This document shows, one piece after another, positions 19,993 to 29,505 of a DNA stretch of 64,000 bases. How positions within the stretch are numbered: position 1 is the first letter of the stretch; each line of letters starts with the position of its first letter. Under the pieces are notes generated by a model, which ran no database searches, was not told where the DNA came from, and was given only the letters and a program-made list of their open reading frames with translations. The stretch is from assembly GCA_963756875.1 (NCBI GenBank), contig CAVWPA010000003.1:254005-318004 (forward strand), in the 5' to 3' direction. The translations under genes and the position numbers were made by a program. Source of the stretch: an uncultured Verrucomicrobiae bacterium. GTDB taxonomy: Bacteria > Verrucomicrobiota > Verrucomicrobiia > Chthoniobacterales > UBA10450.

Positions 19993-22850
19993 CCTTGTTG
20001 TCCCAACGCTTCCAATCGTTTCCGCGCTTCCTCCGCCTCGGCGAAGTTTCGCAACTTTTGATTACGCAGAAGTTCCCGGTAGGTATTGGCCGCCTCCTGC
20101 GTCTTGCCCAGTTTTTCAAAACTTTCGCCGCTGGCAATATATGCCTTGGCCACCCAGGGCAGAAACTTCTGATATCCAACGTAAACCCGCTGGAAATAGG
20201 CGTTCGCCGCCGCCCAGTGCCCCTGCTTGGCCGCGATTTCGCCTAACGAATACACGCTGAAAGCCGTGCATTCGCCGCGCCACTCGCGCACCGATGCAAC
20301 TTGCTCAAAAATCTTCTTCGCTTCGTCGAGGCGGTCCAGGGCCAGCAGTGTCTTCGCTTTACCGACTGTGAGATCTTTCAACTTTTGCTGAGCCGCAATC
20401 TTGTCCGTTCCATCCGAGAAAAACTGTAACGCGCGATTAAAATCCTTTTTCTGAAACGCGATCTCGCCCAGGCCGTTGTCGGCGAAGTCGAGATATTCGC
20501 TTTTGGGAAATTCGTTCAGAAGCTGTTGATAGAAGCCAGCCGCTGCGTCGAGCTTTTGCTTCGCCAACAAATAATCGCCGGCGCGCCCGAGCAAGAGCGG
20601 GCTTAAATCTTGCGGCTTAAAATCCTGCGCGATCTGAGCGAGGTTTTTTTCCTCTTCTGCTGGTTGCCGCCGCAACCGCGCCAGTTCAGCCTTGGCAAAG
20701 AGAGTGCGCGCCCGGGCCGTTGCCGTCTGGTCTTTCTCCGTCGAGCCGAGCAGCGCATCAAGCTCCGCGCCCGGGTCGGGCTGCGCCGCCGGCGACGCGC
20801 TGGTCTCTGCGCCGGTCCTGGTTGCCTCCGCCGCAACCGGTTTCTTTTTCACGCACAGTTGTGCAAGTTGCGTCAGCAAAAGCTCAACCGCTTCACGCTT
20901 CGGGTCGTCGATATATTTTTTGATCGTGTCCGCGGAAATCTTCTTGGCCTCATCCAGCTTGCCCTCGTGCGCTTTCGCCTTGCCGATCCAGTAAATCGCC
21001 GAGATCAGCGTCGGACTGTCCGGCTTCTCCCGGATGAATTCGTCGAACAGATCGGCCACCTTTTGCCATTCGCCCCGTTTTTGCAGGAGTTTGCTCGCGG
21101 CAAAAAGAGAGTAATTCATCACCTCGTCGGTGGTCGCGATCTTATAAGAACGGACATAAATCGGGATCGCCTGGTCTTCGCGGTTACTGGCCGCGTAGGA
21201 ATCCGCCAGCAGTGCGAGAACTTCACCGAGTTGTTTGTTCTTTGGGAACTCGCGCTCCCAGGCTTTGCAATCCGCGATCACCTTGTCGTAAAGCGAAGCG
21301 GCATACTTGCAAACGGCCAGCCGGTACTTGGCATCGCTCACATAGGCCCCCTCTGGATACTTCCGCAGGTAGTCGTGAATCTGGTCCATTGCTTCCTGGT
21401 ACTTGCCGGCGAAAAGAGCGTTGAGCCCGAGGCGATAATTTACGTCTTCAACATTTTTGCCCTTCGGAAAGTCGCTCAGATATTTTTTGTACTGCGCGGT
21501 CGCCTCGTCGTGTTTCCCCTCCATGAACTTGGCGTTGCCTAACAAGTAGCTCATTTGTTCGCGATACTTGCTATTCGGCTGCGTCTCGAGCATGTGCTGA
21601 AAATATTTCTCCGCCGCCTGCGGATCGTTTGCCTCCAGCGCGACCGCTCCCATCATGTAGCCGACAGTCTCGGCGTTCGGCCCGCCTTGGAATTCGCGCA
21701 AATACTCCTGGCAGCGCGCTTCCGCCCTTTGCGGCTGGTTCACGTCCGCCAGGGAGACGATTAAGCCGAAAAGCGCAGGCTCCCGCTCGGGCGCCTTAGG
21801 GAAATGGTCGAACAGCTCCTGATAAACGACGATCGCTTCCCATTTTCGGTCGATCTCATAGAAAGACCGGGCCATGCGAATGTAAATCGCGGGCGTGATC
21901 GAGGGGAGTTTCTGAAACGCGTCAAGCAGGCTTTTCGTATGGGCGATATCGTTGTTGAGCTCGTTGTTCTCGGCGGCAAGCTGGCCAAACTGCGATGGGT
22001 CTCTCCGGGCGGCGGCCAGATTCGCCTGAAGCTGCTTCTGCATCGCGGCAATCCGCTCGTTTTGCATGCGAACGATCTGCTCCCGCGGATACGCGGCGCG
22101 ATAACATTCCAGCGCGTCGGCGTATAATTTTTTTCGGAAGAACTGGTCGCCCAGCTCGACTGTCATCGAATTGAGATCAACGATGTTATCGACCAGCGCG
22201 ATTTGCGTGTGAATTTTATCGATCGTGCGGATGGCCTTGTCGGCTTCTCCCTTTTCCGAATAGAGCTGGGCCAGCATCATGGCGCCGCGAACGGACATGG
22301 CGGTTTGCAATTGTCCGCCGGCGAGTTTCTCCAGGGTCGCAATGGCCTGGTCTTTTTTTCCCGCCTCCTTGCTGGCAGTCGCCCCGAAAAAAAGCGCTTG
22401 CTCGCGCAAACGGGGATCTTTTTCCAATTTGGCAAACTCGGCCGCCGCTTCCGCGTAGTTTTTGCCGAGCAGGCTCGATTGCGCGATGGCAAACGCCACC
22501 TGGCTCAAATGCGCGCCATTGGGAAATTTTTTCTGGTAATTCTTGAACGCGCCGACCGCTTTCTTGTAATCGCCGGCGTTAAAATAGGCCGAGCCGAGCG
22601 TAAAAAAGGCCGGCTCCAACTGCGGCGTAAATTCCGCCTTGGTCAGGAGCGCTTCCAAGTCCGTAGCCGCCTTCGCGTAATCGCCCGATTGAAATTCCGA
22701 CATGCCGCGCGCGTACAGCTGCGGTAGCTCGGAATTTTGTTCGCCGGAAGCGGGCGGATTCTGTTGTGCTGCGGCGCTGCCGCAGACCAGCAACAGGAAG
22801 AGAATCGAGCGCCGGATCACGCGGATCGTGCCACCGGGAAAGAACGACAT
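19989..22850 (-). CDS. large TPR-repeat protein (YbgF/CpoB-like repeats), secreted
   Basis: 953 aa. Signal ILFLLLVCGSAAAQQ. Many repeats of the Y..A...F..G.Y..A type along the whole length. Confidence 0.8.
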   Translation of the reverse strand: MSFFPGGTIRVIRRSILFLLLVCGSAAAQQNPPASGEQNSELPQLYARGMSEFQSGDYAKAATDLEALLTKAEFTPQLEPAFFTLGSAYFNAGDYKKAVGAFKNYQKKFPNGAHLSQVAFAIAQSSLLGKNYAEAAAEFAKLEKDPRLREQALFFGATASKEAGKKDQAIATLEKLAGGQLQTAMSVRGAMMLAQLYSEKGEADKAIRTIDKIHTQIALVDNIVDLNSMTVELGDQFFRKKLYADALECYRAAYPREQIVRMQNERIAAMQKQLQANLAAARRDPSQFGQLAAENNELNNDIAHTKSLLDAFQKLPSITPAIYIRMARSFYEIDRKWEAIVVYQELFDHFPKAPEREPALFGLIVSLADVNQPQRAEARCQEYLREFQGGPNAETVGYMMGAVALEANDPQAAEKYFQHMLETQPNSKYREQMSYLLGNAKFMEGKHDEATAQYKKYLSDFPKGKNVEDVNYRLGLNALFAGKYQEAMDQIHDYLRKYPEGAYVSDAKYRLAVCKYAASLYDKVIADCKAWEREFPKNKQLGEVLALLADSYAASNREDQAIPIYVRSYKIATTDEVMNYSLFAASKLLQKRGEWQKVADLFDEFIREKPDSPTLISAIYWIGKAKAHEGKLDEAKKISADTIKKYIDDPKREAVELLLTQLAQLCVKKKPVAAEATRTGAETSASPAAQPDPGAELDALLGSTEKDQTATARARTLFAKAELARLRRQPAEEEKNLAQIAQDFKPQDLSPLLLGRAGDYLLAKQKLDAAAGFYQQLLNEFPKSEYLDFADNGLGEIAFQKKDFNRALQFFSDGTDKIAAQQKLKDLTVGKAKTLLALDRLDEAKKIFEQVASVREWRGECTAFSVYSLGEIAAKQGHWAAANAYFQRVYVGYQKFLPWVAKAYIASGESFEKLGKTQEAANTYRELLRNQKLRNFAEAEEARKRLEALGQQG

Positions 22851-22922
22851 GCTGCGATAGTATCAACCGGCGCCTGGATTGAAAAGCGACGAGTCCAAGA
22901 AACGGCGCAATCTCAAGACCGA

Positions 22923-25112
22923 TCAGTGCCTTGTGCTGGCCGTCTTCGGCCCGCGTAAAAGATTGATCAGGTCGTCCAGAATATTCAACGACTCGTCGCG
23001 CTCCGGATCGATGGCCGGTTCCTTGGTATCGTCGTCTCCGCCGATCAGGTCGCTGGGGTCATCCGATGTGTCAGGTGCAGTCTGGGCCGGACTGGCTTTC
23101 TTGGCGGACGCCAGTTTACCCGGATACATGACCAACTGAAGGTCGGGCTTGTCCACCGTGTCGAGAGTCAGTCTATAAATGCGCGGCTCCTGCTCATTGC
23201 GCGCCAGTCGCTCCTTTGCGCGCAGTTCTTTACGGGCCTTCTCTGCCAGCAGCTCCTTGCGCCGCACATCTTCATTCAACGAGATTCCATTCTGCTCGAT
23301 CTTTTTGCGCAGCCGATCCATGTCCTCCATCACGTAATGGAATTCCGGATTACTTTTAACCCGCTCCGCCGACCGGCGCTTCAGTTCGTCCAGGAAAAGG
23401 GGATGCGTTCCCGACCACTTTGTGTAGTGCGCTTTCGGCACTTCGTCGTAGGAAAGACAATTTTTCAACGCGCCTTCGCTCAATTCCGGCTGGTCGGTCA
23501 GACTCGGAAACACAATATCCGAAGCCACCCCGTGGAGCTGGGTCGAGCCGCCCGCCACCCGATAAAATTTCTGGATGGTCAGCTTGAGCGCGCCATCATC
23601 ATCGGAACGGCTGCCAAGCAGCGAAGTAAATCGCCCGATGGGAAGAATCGTTTGTACCGTCCCTTTGCCGAAAGTCCTAGTGTCGCCGACAATCACGGCG
23701 CGACCGTAATCCTGCAGCGCCGCCGCGAAGATTTCGCTGGCCGACGCGCTTTGCCGGCTCGTCAAAACGACCATCGGCCCGGAATAGGCGATGCCCGGGT
23801 CGGGATCGTTCGAAACGACGATGTTACCGTTTGAGCTTTTCGTTTGCACGATCGGTCCCGATTTTAAAAACAATCCGGTCAGCGAAATCGCTTCTTCAAG
23901 CGAACCGCCGCCGTTCCGGCGGAGATCGACCACGAGGCCGGCGATTTTTTCTTTTCGCAACCGTCTGAGCAACAGCGCCACATCCCGGGTAGTGCTCTTC
24001 TGGTGCCGATCCATGTCGGCGTAAAACGAGGGGAGAGTCAGCCATCCAAGTTTCACCGTGTTGCCGTTCTCGTCCTTGTGAATAATGATGTCTGCGCGCG
24101 CTTCCTGGTCCTTCAGCTTAATTTCATCGCGCGCGAGGTCGATGTTCTTGCGCTGCGAAGGGTCGGCGGTGTTGACCGGGATCACGAGCAGGCGCACATG
24201 CGTGCCTTTCTTGCCGCGGATCATCTCCACCACCTTGTCCAACCGCATATCGCGAACATCGACGTAACTATTCTGCCCCTGGGCCACCGCCGCGATGCGG
24301 TCGCCCACTTTCAAGCGGCCATCTTTTTGCGCCGGGCCGCCTGGAACCAGGCTCTCGATCTTTGCGTATCCATCTTCCGTCCTTAGCATCGCCCCGATCC
24401 CTACCAGTGAGAGGCCCATGTTAATGCTGAAGTTTTTCAGGTCGGCTTTGCTTAGATATTCCGAATGCGGATCGTACGTCTGGGCGAGCGCGTCGAGATA
24501 GAGTTTCACCTGCTCGTCTTTGTCGTTTTCGTGGACATTGCGCGACAGGCGATCGTAACGACGCGTCACCAGTTGCGGGCCGGGTTCAATGGGGTGCTCG
24601 CTCAGTTTTTCCTGTAAAAGTTCACTTTCGATACGGCCCCGCCACAACTGGTCGGCCTCGGCTTCATCTTTCGGCCAGGGCGCTTTTTGCCGGTTCATCT
24701 CGATGGTCGCGTTGGTTTTGAAATCCATCGGCTGTTTAAGCAGCTCCTCGATCTTGGCCACACGTTCATCAACGCGTTTCTCATAAAGAGCGTAGATGTC
24801 GTAGGCGGGTCTCAAATTGCCCAGCAACACGTCGTCGTCGAGCGCGGTCCCGTACTTTGCGTTGAGAGCAGCGACATCTTTCTGAGTGAAAAAGAGATGA
24901 CTGGCGTCGAGCAACTCCAGGTAAGTCTGTAAAAACTTCCTCGATACCTGGTCGTTGAGCGGCAGTCGGGTGTAATGGCCTTCCTCCAGCAGGCGGCCGA
25001 CAGAAATGCAAACCTGCTCGGGGTCGGATTTCGCAAAAATCGGTTGCGATCCGAGCGCGAGGACGAGCGAGAGAGCCGGTGCGGCCAGTAGAAGACCAAA
25101 ACGTGGTTTCAT
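22923..25112 (-). CDS. prc: tail-specific (C-terminal processing) protease, S41 family
   Basis: 729 aa. Signal peptide, PDZ segment (GGPAQKDGRLKVGDRIAAV), S41 core VVDLRRNGGGSLEE and SASASEIFA..K. Confidence 0.9.
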   Translation of the reverse strand: MKPRFGLLLAAPALSLVLALGSQPIFAKSDPEQVCISVGRLLEEGHYTRLPLNDQVSRKFLQTYLELLDASHLFFTQKDVAALNAKYGTALDDDVLLGNLRPAYDIYALYEKRVDERVAKIEELLKQPMDFKTNATIEMNRQKAPWPKDEAEADQLWRGRIESELLQEKLSEHPIEPGPQLVTRRYDRLSRNVHENDKDEQVKLYLDALAQTYDPHSEYLSKADLKNFSINMGLSLVGIGAMLRTEDGYAKIESLVPGGPAQKDGRLKVGDRIAAVAQGQNSYVDVRDMRLDKVVEMIRGKKGTHVRLLVIPVNTADPSQRKNIDLARDEIKLKDQEARADIIIHKDENGNTVKLGWLTLPSFYADMDRHQKSTTRDVALLLRRLRKEKIAGLVVDLRRNGGGSLEEAISLTGLFLKSGPIVQTKSSNGNIVVSNDPDPGIAYSGPMVVLTSRQSASASEIFAAALQDYGRAVIVGDTRTFGKGTVQTILPIGRFTSLLGSRSDDDGALKLTIQKFYRVAGGSTQLHGVASDIVFPSLTDQPELSEGALKNCLSYDEVPKAHYTKWSGTHPLFLDELKRRSAERVKSNPEFHYVMEDMDRLRKKIEQNGISLNEDVRRKELLAEKARKELRAKERLARNEQEPRIYRLTLDTVDKPDLQLVMYPGKLASAKKASPAQTAPDTSDDPSDLIGGDDDTKEPAIDPERDESLNILDDLINLLRGPKTASTRH

Positions 25113-25335
25113 TGAGAAAAGAGGTTCGCCAAGGTCGCAGAGTTTACCCCGAAAGCAACCCGCTGGTCGACGACATTAACATGCAGAAGTTGAGACAACG
25201 CCCGGGCATTAACATTCAAAAAAGCGGAAAAATAGCGGGATCTTGACGCGGCTTGCTTCCTTCTGCTTATGGTAGCAGGCGATCTATGACCATCGGTGAA
25301 ATTTGTGCGACGCTCACAGAGCGCTGCGACAGCAA

Positions 25336-25947
25336 ATGACCTACAAAGCTTTCTGCGGCGGGATTTTCGAGACGAATTGTTACCTGGTGTCCGCGCCGCA
25401 GGGCGGAATCCTGTTCGACGCGCCCGATGGCGCCTGCGCCTGGCTTGAATCGCAGCGCGCAGACATAAAACTTCTGCTCCTCACCCATGGCCATATCGAT
25501 CATGTCCAGGATGTTGCGAAGATTAAGCGGCGCTTCGGTTGCCAGATCGGCTGCCACCCTCTGACCGCGCCGATGATCTCCGATCCCGAATTTTTCCGGA
25601 AATTCGGCTTTGAACTCGAAATCGAGCCGGCCGAGCCCGATTTTTTTATCGAGGAGACGCCTAATCGGGATTTTCTCGGCCTTGAAATGCAAGTTCTCGA
25701 AGTGCCCGGTCACTGTCCGGGGAGTCTTTGTTTTTTCTCGCGCAAAGACGAAGTTCTTATCGGCGGCGACGTTCTTTTCGCGAGCGGCGTCGGCCGCTGG
25801 GACCTGCCGGGCGGAGATGGAGATCTTTTGTTCGATGGGATCAGGAAAAAATTATTTCCGCTCGGTGACAACGTGACGGTCCTGCCCGGCCACGGACCGC
25901 CGACGAAAATCGGCACCGAGCGCCTAACGAATCCGTTCGTGAGCTAA
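25336..25947 (+). CDS. MBL-fold metallo-hydrolase (glyoxalase-II-like)
   Basis: Start moved to MTYKAF (ATG 25336). THGHIDH metal motif and a C-terminal GHGPPT. Confidence 0.85.
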   Translation: MTYKAFCGGIFETNCYLVSAPQGGILFDAPDGACAWLESQRADIKLLLLTHGHIDHVQDVAKIKRRFGCQIGCHPLTAPMISDPEFFRKFGFELEIEPAEPDFFIEETPNRDFLGLEMQVLEVPGHCPGSLCFFSRKDEVLIGGDVLFASGVGRWDLPGGDGDLLFDGIRKKLFPLGDNVTVLPGHGPPTKIGTERLTNPFVS

Positions 25948-26933
25948 ACCAAATCGCGCAGTGTCGCGCCCAGTGGCTGCAATCCGTCGATTGTCGCAAT
26001 GATGCCGCGCAACGATTTCGCGGCAGCAGGAATGTACTCAAGAAACTGCCTGTGGCCTTTGACGAGCCCGAGAAATCCATACGCGCCGAGCGCCTGCATG
26101 AGGCGTTGCATCGCGCAGAGCCGGAGCGTCTCGTCGAAATCTCCGTCCGCCGCCCAGCCATGACCGGCCTGTTCCTGTTTGTAGTAATCGATCAATTCGC
26201 GGCGCTCGCTCTCTGGCAGGTCGACATAAGGGTCAAACAGCAACGACGCGAGATCATAATGAGCCAGGCCGGGCCGCATCCCTTGAAAATCGATCAGGTA
26301 AGCCTGGTGGTCACGGATGAGAATGTTTTGCGATTGAAAATCGCGGTGGATTAGAACCCTCCGTAAAATGGCCAGATGTTCTGCGATCTGATCCAGTGCC
26401 GGCAATGCAGCGAGCGGAGCCAGCTTCGCGTTGGCGATCTTGAAATAAAGGCCGAGGCAATTTTCGAAAAAGTAATGTTGTTCCCAGCGGTAAAGAGCGG
26501 CATTGAACTCGCCCGGCAAACTTTCCCTCAGGCCGACATGAACTTCCTCCGGGAGCCGATGAAGTTTCGCCACTTCGTCGAGCGCCGACTCGTAAAAGGC
26601 GCGACGCACCGGCCAGCTTTCGCCGCGATAACTGAAAAGATCGTGTTCGCCGAGATCTTCGATCCAGATTAAACCCTCGTCCGCATCGTGAAAATAAATC
26701 TTCGGCGCTCGAATATCGTGCTCGGCGAGAAACTTTGCGATCTCCACGTAGTGGCGGTTCTCCTCACGCTCGAGATTGTATTTAACCAGAATCAGCCTCT
26801 GCTCCGCCGGGCACTGGATACGATAAAATTTTCGATCGGACCCGCCTTTCTCGATCGGATTAATTTTGATTTCATCGACATTAAATCGCGGAAAATGCAT
26901 TCGCGTCTCGCGAAGAAGCAGGTCGGTTCTCAT
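25944..26933 (-). CDS. APH-fold sugar kinase, AmgK-like (anomeric MurNAc/GlcNAc kinase family)
   Basis: 329 aa. Kinase motifs LIHRDFQSQNILI and IDFQG. Sits immediately downstream of a nucleotidyltransferase, as in amgK-murU pairs. Confidence 0.6.
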   Translation of the reverse strand: MRTDLLLRETRMHFPRFNVDEIKINPIEKGGSDRKFYRIQCPAEQRLILVKYNLEREENRHYVEIAKFLAEHDIRAPKIYFHDADEGLIWIEDLGEHDLFSYRGESWPVRRAFYESALDEVAKLHRLPEEVHVGLRESLPGEFNAALYRWEQHYFFENCLGLYFKIANAKLAPLAALPALDQIAEHLAILRRVLIHRDFQSQNILIRDHQAYLIDFQGMRPGLAHYDLASLLFDPYVDLPESERRELIDYYKQEQAGHGWAADGDFDETLRLCAMQRLMQALGAYGFLGLVKGHRQFLEYIPAAAKSLRGIIATIDGLQPLGATLRDLV

Positions 26934-26936
26934 GGG

Positions 26937-27920
26937 TCAGATGTCGATGTTGCGATGAGCGCCCTCGGCTGTTTTATAAGTGCGGACGATACAACCAGAG
27001 AGGTGGCTTCGGGAAGCAATTTGTGCACCGGGCCACAAAATCGTGTCTTCTAAAATCGCGTCCGCTCCAACGCGGCAATCTTTGGCGGCAACCGTGCAGC
27101 CGCGCAATTGTGCCGTCGGATCGACCGTCGCCGTCTTATGGACCGGCGCTTTCCATTGCGGGTCGCCGACCGGATAAGCCGGAAACTTCAGCGCCGCAGT
27201 CGGGACCCCGGCGCTCCCTGATAGTTCCCGATGCAGCTGCAAATAAGCGTCGCGACTTCCGACGTCCCACCAATTTCCTTCGTCGATCACGATTCCGCCG
27301 ATCTTTTCATCGCGCCGGATGAGATCGAGAAAGTGTGGAATCACCGAGCGCTTTACTCCGCGTTCCAGTGCATCGACAAATCCGGGCTCGATAATGTAAA
27401 TGCCGGTGAAGAGAAATTCGTCAGGCGCTCCGCTGCCAAGTTGATTGCGAATATCGATGAGCCGGCCCGATCCCGGGTCGAACGCAACATGTTTCGGCTC
27501 GGCATTAGAACGCAGTGCAAGCGTAACCAGATTGCCGGCAGAGAAATGACGGTCGATCAGAGCGCTGATCGGCAGATCGGTTAAAACATCGCCGTTATAA
27601 ACAAGCAAAGGCTCGCGGACCAGCGAGTCGGCGATGTTGGCAATGCCGCCGGCGGTCTCGAGCAGATCCGGCTCGTGAAAAAATTCGATGCGCCGGTCGC
27701 GATATTCCGATTCGGGGAAAATTTCAACAAACCGGTCCGGCCGGTGATGGGTGTTCACGAGGAATTTCTTCAGTCCGACATCGATCAACTGGTCGAAGGC
27801 GAAGGTGATGAGCGGCTTTTGAAAAACAGGGACCAGCGGCTTGGGCAAGTCGTCGGTCAGCGGTCGCAGCCGGGTGCCGAGCCCCGCTCCAAGGACGAAC
27901 GCTTGTGTGATTGAGGCCAT
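26937..27920 (-). CDS. sugar-1-phosphate nucleotidyltransferase (MurU/GCD1-like) with C-terminal beta-helix-like extension
   Basis: 327 aa with the N-terminal LGAGLGTRLRPLTDDLPKPLVPV signature. Confidence 0.7.
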   Translation of the reverse strand: MASITQAFVLGAGLGTRLRPLTDDLPKPLVPVFQKPLITFAFDQLIDVGLKKFLVNTHHRPDRFVEIFPESEYRDRRIEFFHEPDLLETAGGIANIADSLVREPLLVYNGDVLTDLPISALIDRHFSAGNLVTLALRSNAEPKHVAFDPGSGRLIDIRNQLGSGAPDEFLFTGIYIIEPGFVDALERGVKRSVIPHFLDLIRRDEKIGGIVIDEGNWWDVGSRDAYLQLHRELSGSAGVPTAALKFPAYPVGDPQWKAPVHKTATVDPTAQLRGCTVAAKDCRVGADAILEDTILWPGAQIASRSHLSGCIVRTYKTAEGAHRNIDI

Positions 27921-27937
27921 TCCGTTAAGAATTGCGC

Positions 27938-28438
27938 ATGGCTGAAGAAACCCTCTGGCGCGGCAGTTCTTCGCAATGGAAGAACTTCGGCTTTTTTCTT
28001 CTGCAAGCGATCGTCGCCCTCGTCATTGTGCTTATTTTTGCCGTGCTGTCACGTTCGGCCCCGCCAGAAGCCAGGAGTCTCAGCCCGTACATCCTAATTC
28101 TCCTCGCCTTGCCAATCCTTATCGCGTTGGCGCGCTATCTCCAAACGAAATGCAAAGTTTACCAGCTCACGACGGAACGGTTGAAAACCAGCAAAGGCGT
28201 GTTGAGCAAGCTGACCGACACCCTCGAGCTCTATCGGGTGAAGGATATCGAAACACGCCAGCCGTTTCTTTATCGAATGTTCGGCGTCGAGAACGTGGAG
28301 ATGAATACTTCCGACACTTCTTCGCCGTTCGTTTTTATCGATGCAATTCCTTGCGCCGCTGCTCTGGCCGACAAAATTCGCAACCAGGTCGAGATCATCC
28401 GCCAGCAAAAAGGGGTGCGCGAGATCGACGTCGAATGA
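27938..28438 (+). CDS. membrane protein with bacterial PH (bPH_2/YdbS-like) domain
   Basis: Two TM helices, then YQLTTERLKTSKGVLSKLTDTLELYRVKDIE..VENVEMNTSD. ATG at 27938 preferred over TTG at 27932. Confidence 0.7.
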   Translation: MAEETLWRGSSSQWKNFGFFLLQAIVALVIVLIFAVLSRSAPPEARSLSPYILILLALPILIALARYLQTKCKVYQLTTERLKTSKGVLSKLTDTLELYRVKDIETRQPFLYRMFGVENVEMNTSDTSSPFVFIDAIPCAAALADKIRNQVEIIRQQKGVREIDVE

Positions 28439-28464
28439 TTGGATATAGCCGCGTCGCAGAGGGT

Positions 28465-29505
28465 CTACCTTTGCAGGTAAAGCGTGCGGGTGCCGAAGTC
28501 GATGATGCCGTGATGTGAACGCAAGATCTCGGCGCCAAGCAGGCCCGCGACCGGCGGCGATCCTCGCAACAGATCGCTGTGAATCAGACCTTCGAGATCG
28601 ACCACGCCGATTTCCTTGCCCACAATATCGACAGAACCGACCGACAAACGGCGGATTCGAGCGATCTGGATGCCGCGTTGGTCCAGATTTACAGCTTCAG
28701 AGCTGTAACGCGTCTTGTGCAACGGGATCCGCATCCGGCGCACGTAATCGTGATGAAGCAGGGTGGCGAACGCGCCCGTGTCGATCATGAGACGCGCAGG
28801 CGAACCGTTTACGGCGCCGTCCACATACAAATTATAGCCTTCGCTGACGCGAATCCGCATCCTGCGAAAGCCGCGATAACTTACGCCGGGAGTCCTGCCG
28901 CGAGCGCTTGGATCGACCTTTAGAATCAGCATCTGTTTTTTACAGTCCAGGACCGCCCTTGTCGGGAAAAGAACGTCGGCACCGAGAATGCCGTCGAGCT
29001 CCTGCTCGTGCAGCATGTGCGCGGCGTGACTTGAGCTGCTCAGGTCGACCACCACCACCGGTTCATCAATCAGGTCCAGGGCGCCGAGTCGAAAGTGGTG
29101 CGCAATGGCCACATTATTGAACGCGCCATTGATCTGAAGACGCGCGGGGAGCTTCGAGCTGCCTGGAATTCCCGAGAGACGAAAATGCCGACGACGGTTC
29201 AGCGCAACCGCGCTGACTGGCGCGCCGGTATCCACGCCAAGCAACGCCAGCCGGCCGTTGATACTGGCGCGAACGATCAGATGATTCTGGCGGGAGCGCA
29301 GCAACGGAAGCGCCTCGAATTGAGGAGACGAGTCCTCGGATTGCCTTCCGCTGTGGCTCGCGCCGGACAATCCGCTCGCAAAAAGGAGCAGACCGGCGAC
29401 CGCGGCCCACAGAGGATTCCGCGTGAAAAGAGTCCGATTCAGGGAGAGCACGCGGCGCAGAATAGCATGGTTTTGGGAACGCGAAAGAATTGATGGGCCT
29501 TTCAT
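28465..29505 (-). CDS. membrane-anchored tandem retropepsin-like aspartyl protease
   Basis: Two D-T-G motifs (LLGVDTGAPVSAV and LMIDTGAFATLL). Start placed at MKGPSIL (ATG 29505), which overlaps the upstream stop as TAATG. TM anchor LWAAVAGLLLFASGL. Confidence 0.7.
   Translation of the reverse strand: MKGPSILSRSQNHAILRRVLSLNRTLFTRNPLWAAVAGLLLFASGLSGASHSGRQSEDSSPQFEALPLLRSRQNHLIVRASINGRLALLGVDTGAPVSAVALNRRRHFRLSGIPGSSKLPARLQINGAFNNVAIAHHFRLGALDLIDEPVVVVDLSSSSHAAHMLHEQELDGILGADVLFPTRAVLDCKKQMLILKVDPSARGRTPGVSYRGFRRMRIRVSEGYNLYVDGAVNGSPARLMIDTGAFATLLHHDYVRRMRIPLHKTRYSSEAVNLDQRGIQIARIRRLSVGSVDIVGKEIGVVDLEGLIHSDLLRGSPPVAGLLGAEILRSHHGIIDFGTRTLYLQR

Noticed and set aside
20610-21542. 310-aa plus-strand ORF, plus several others inside 19989-22850
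   Set aside because: They are antisense or alternative frames of the 953-aa TPR gene and have low-complexity Arg-rich translations.
25243-25273. TTGACG ... TATGGT as a sigma-70 promoter for the MBL hydrolase gene
   Set aside because: The spacer is 19 nt, which is longer than optimal, and there is no supporting evidence. I did not list it as a feature.
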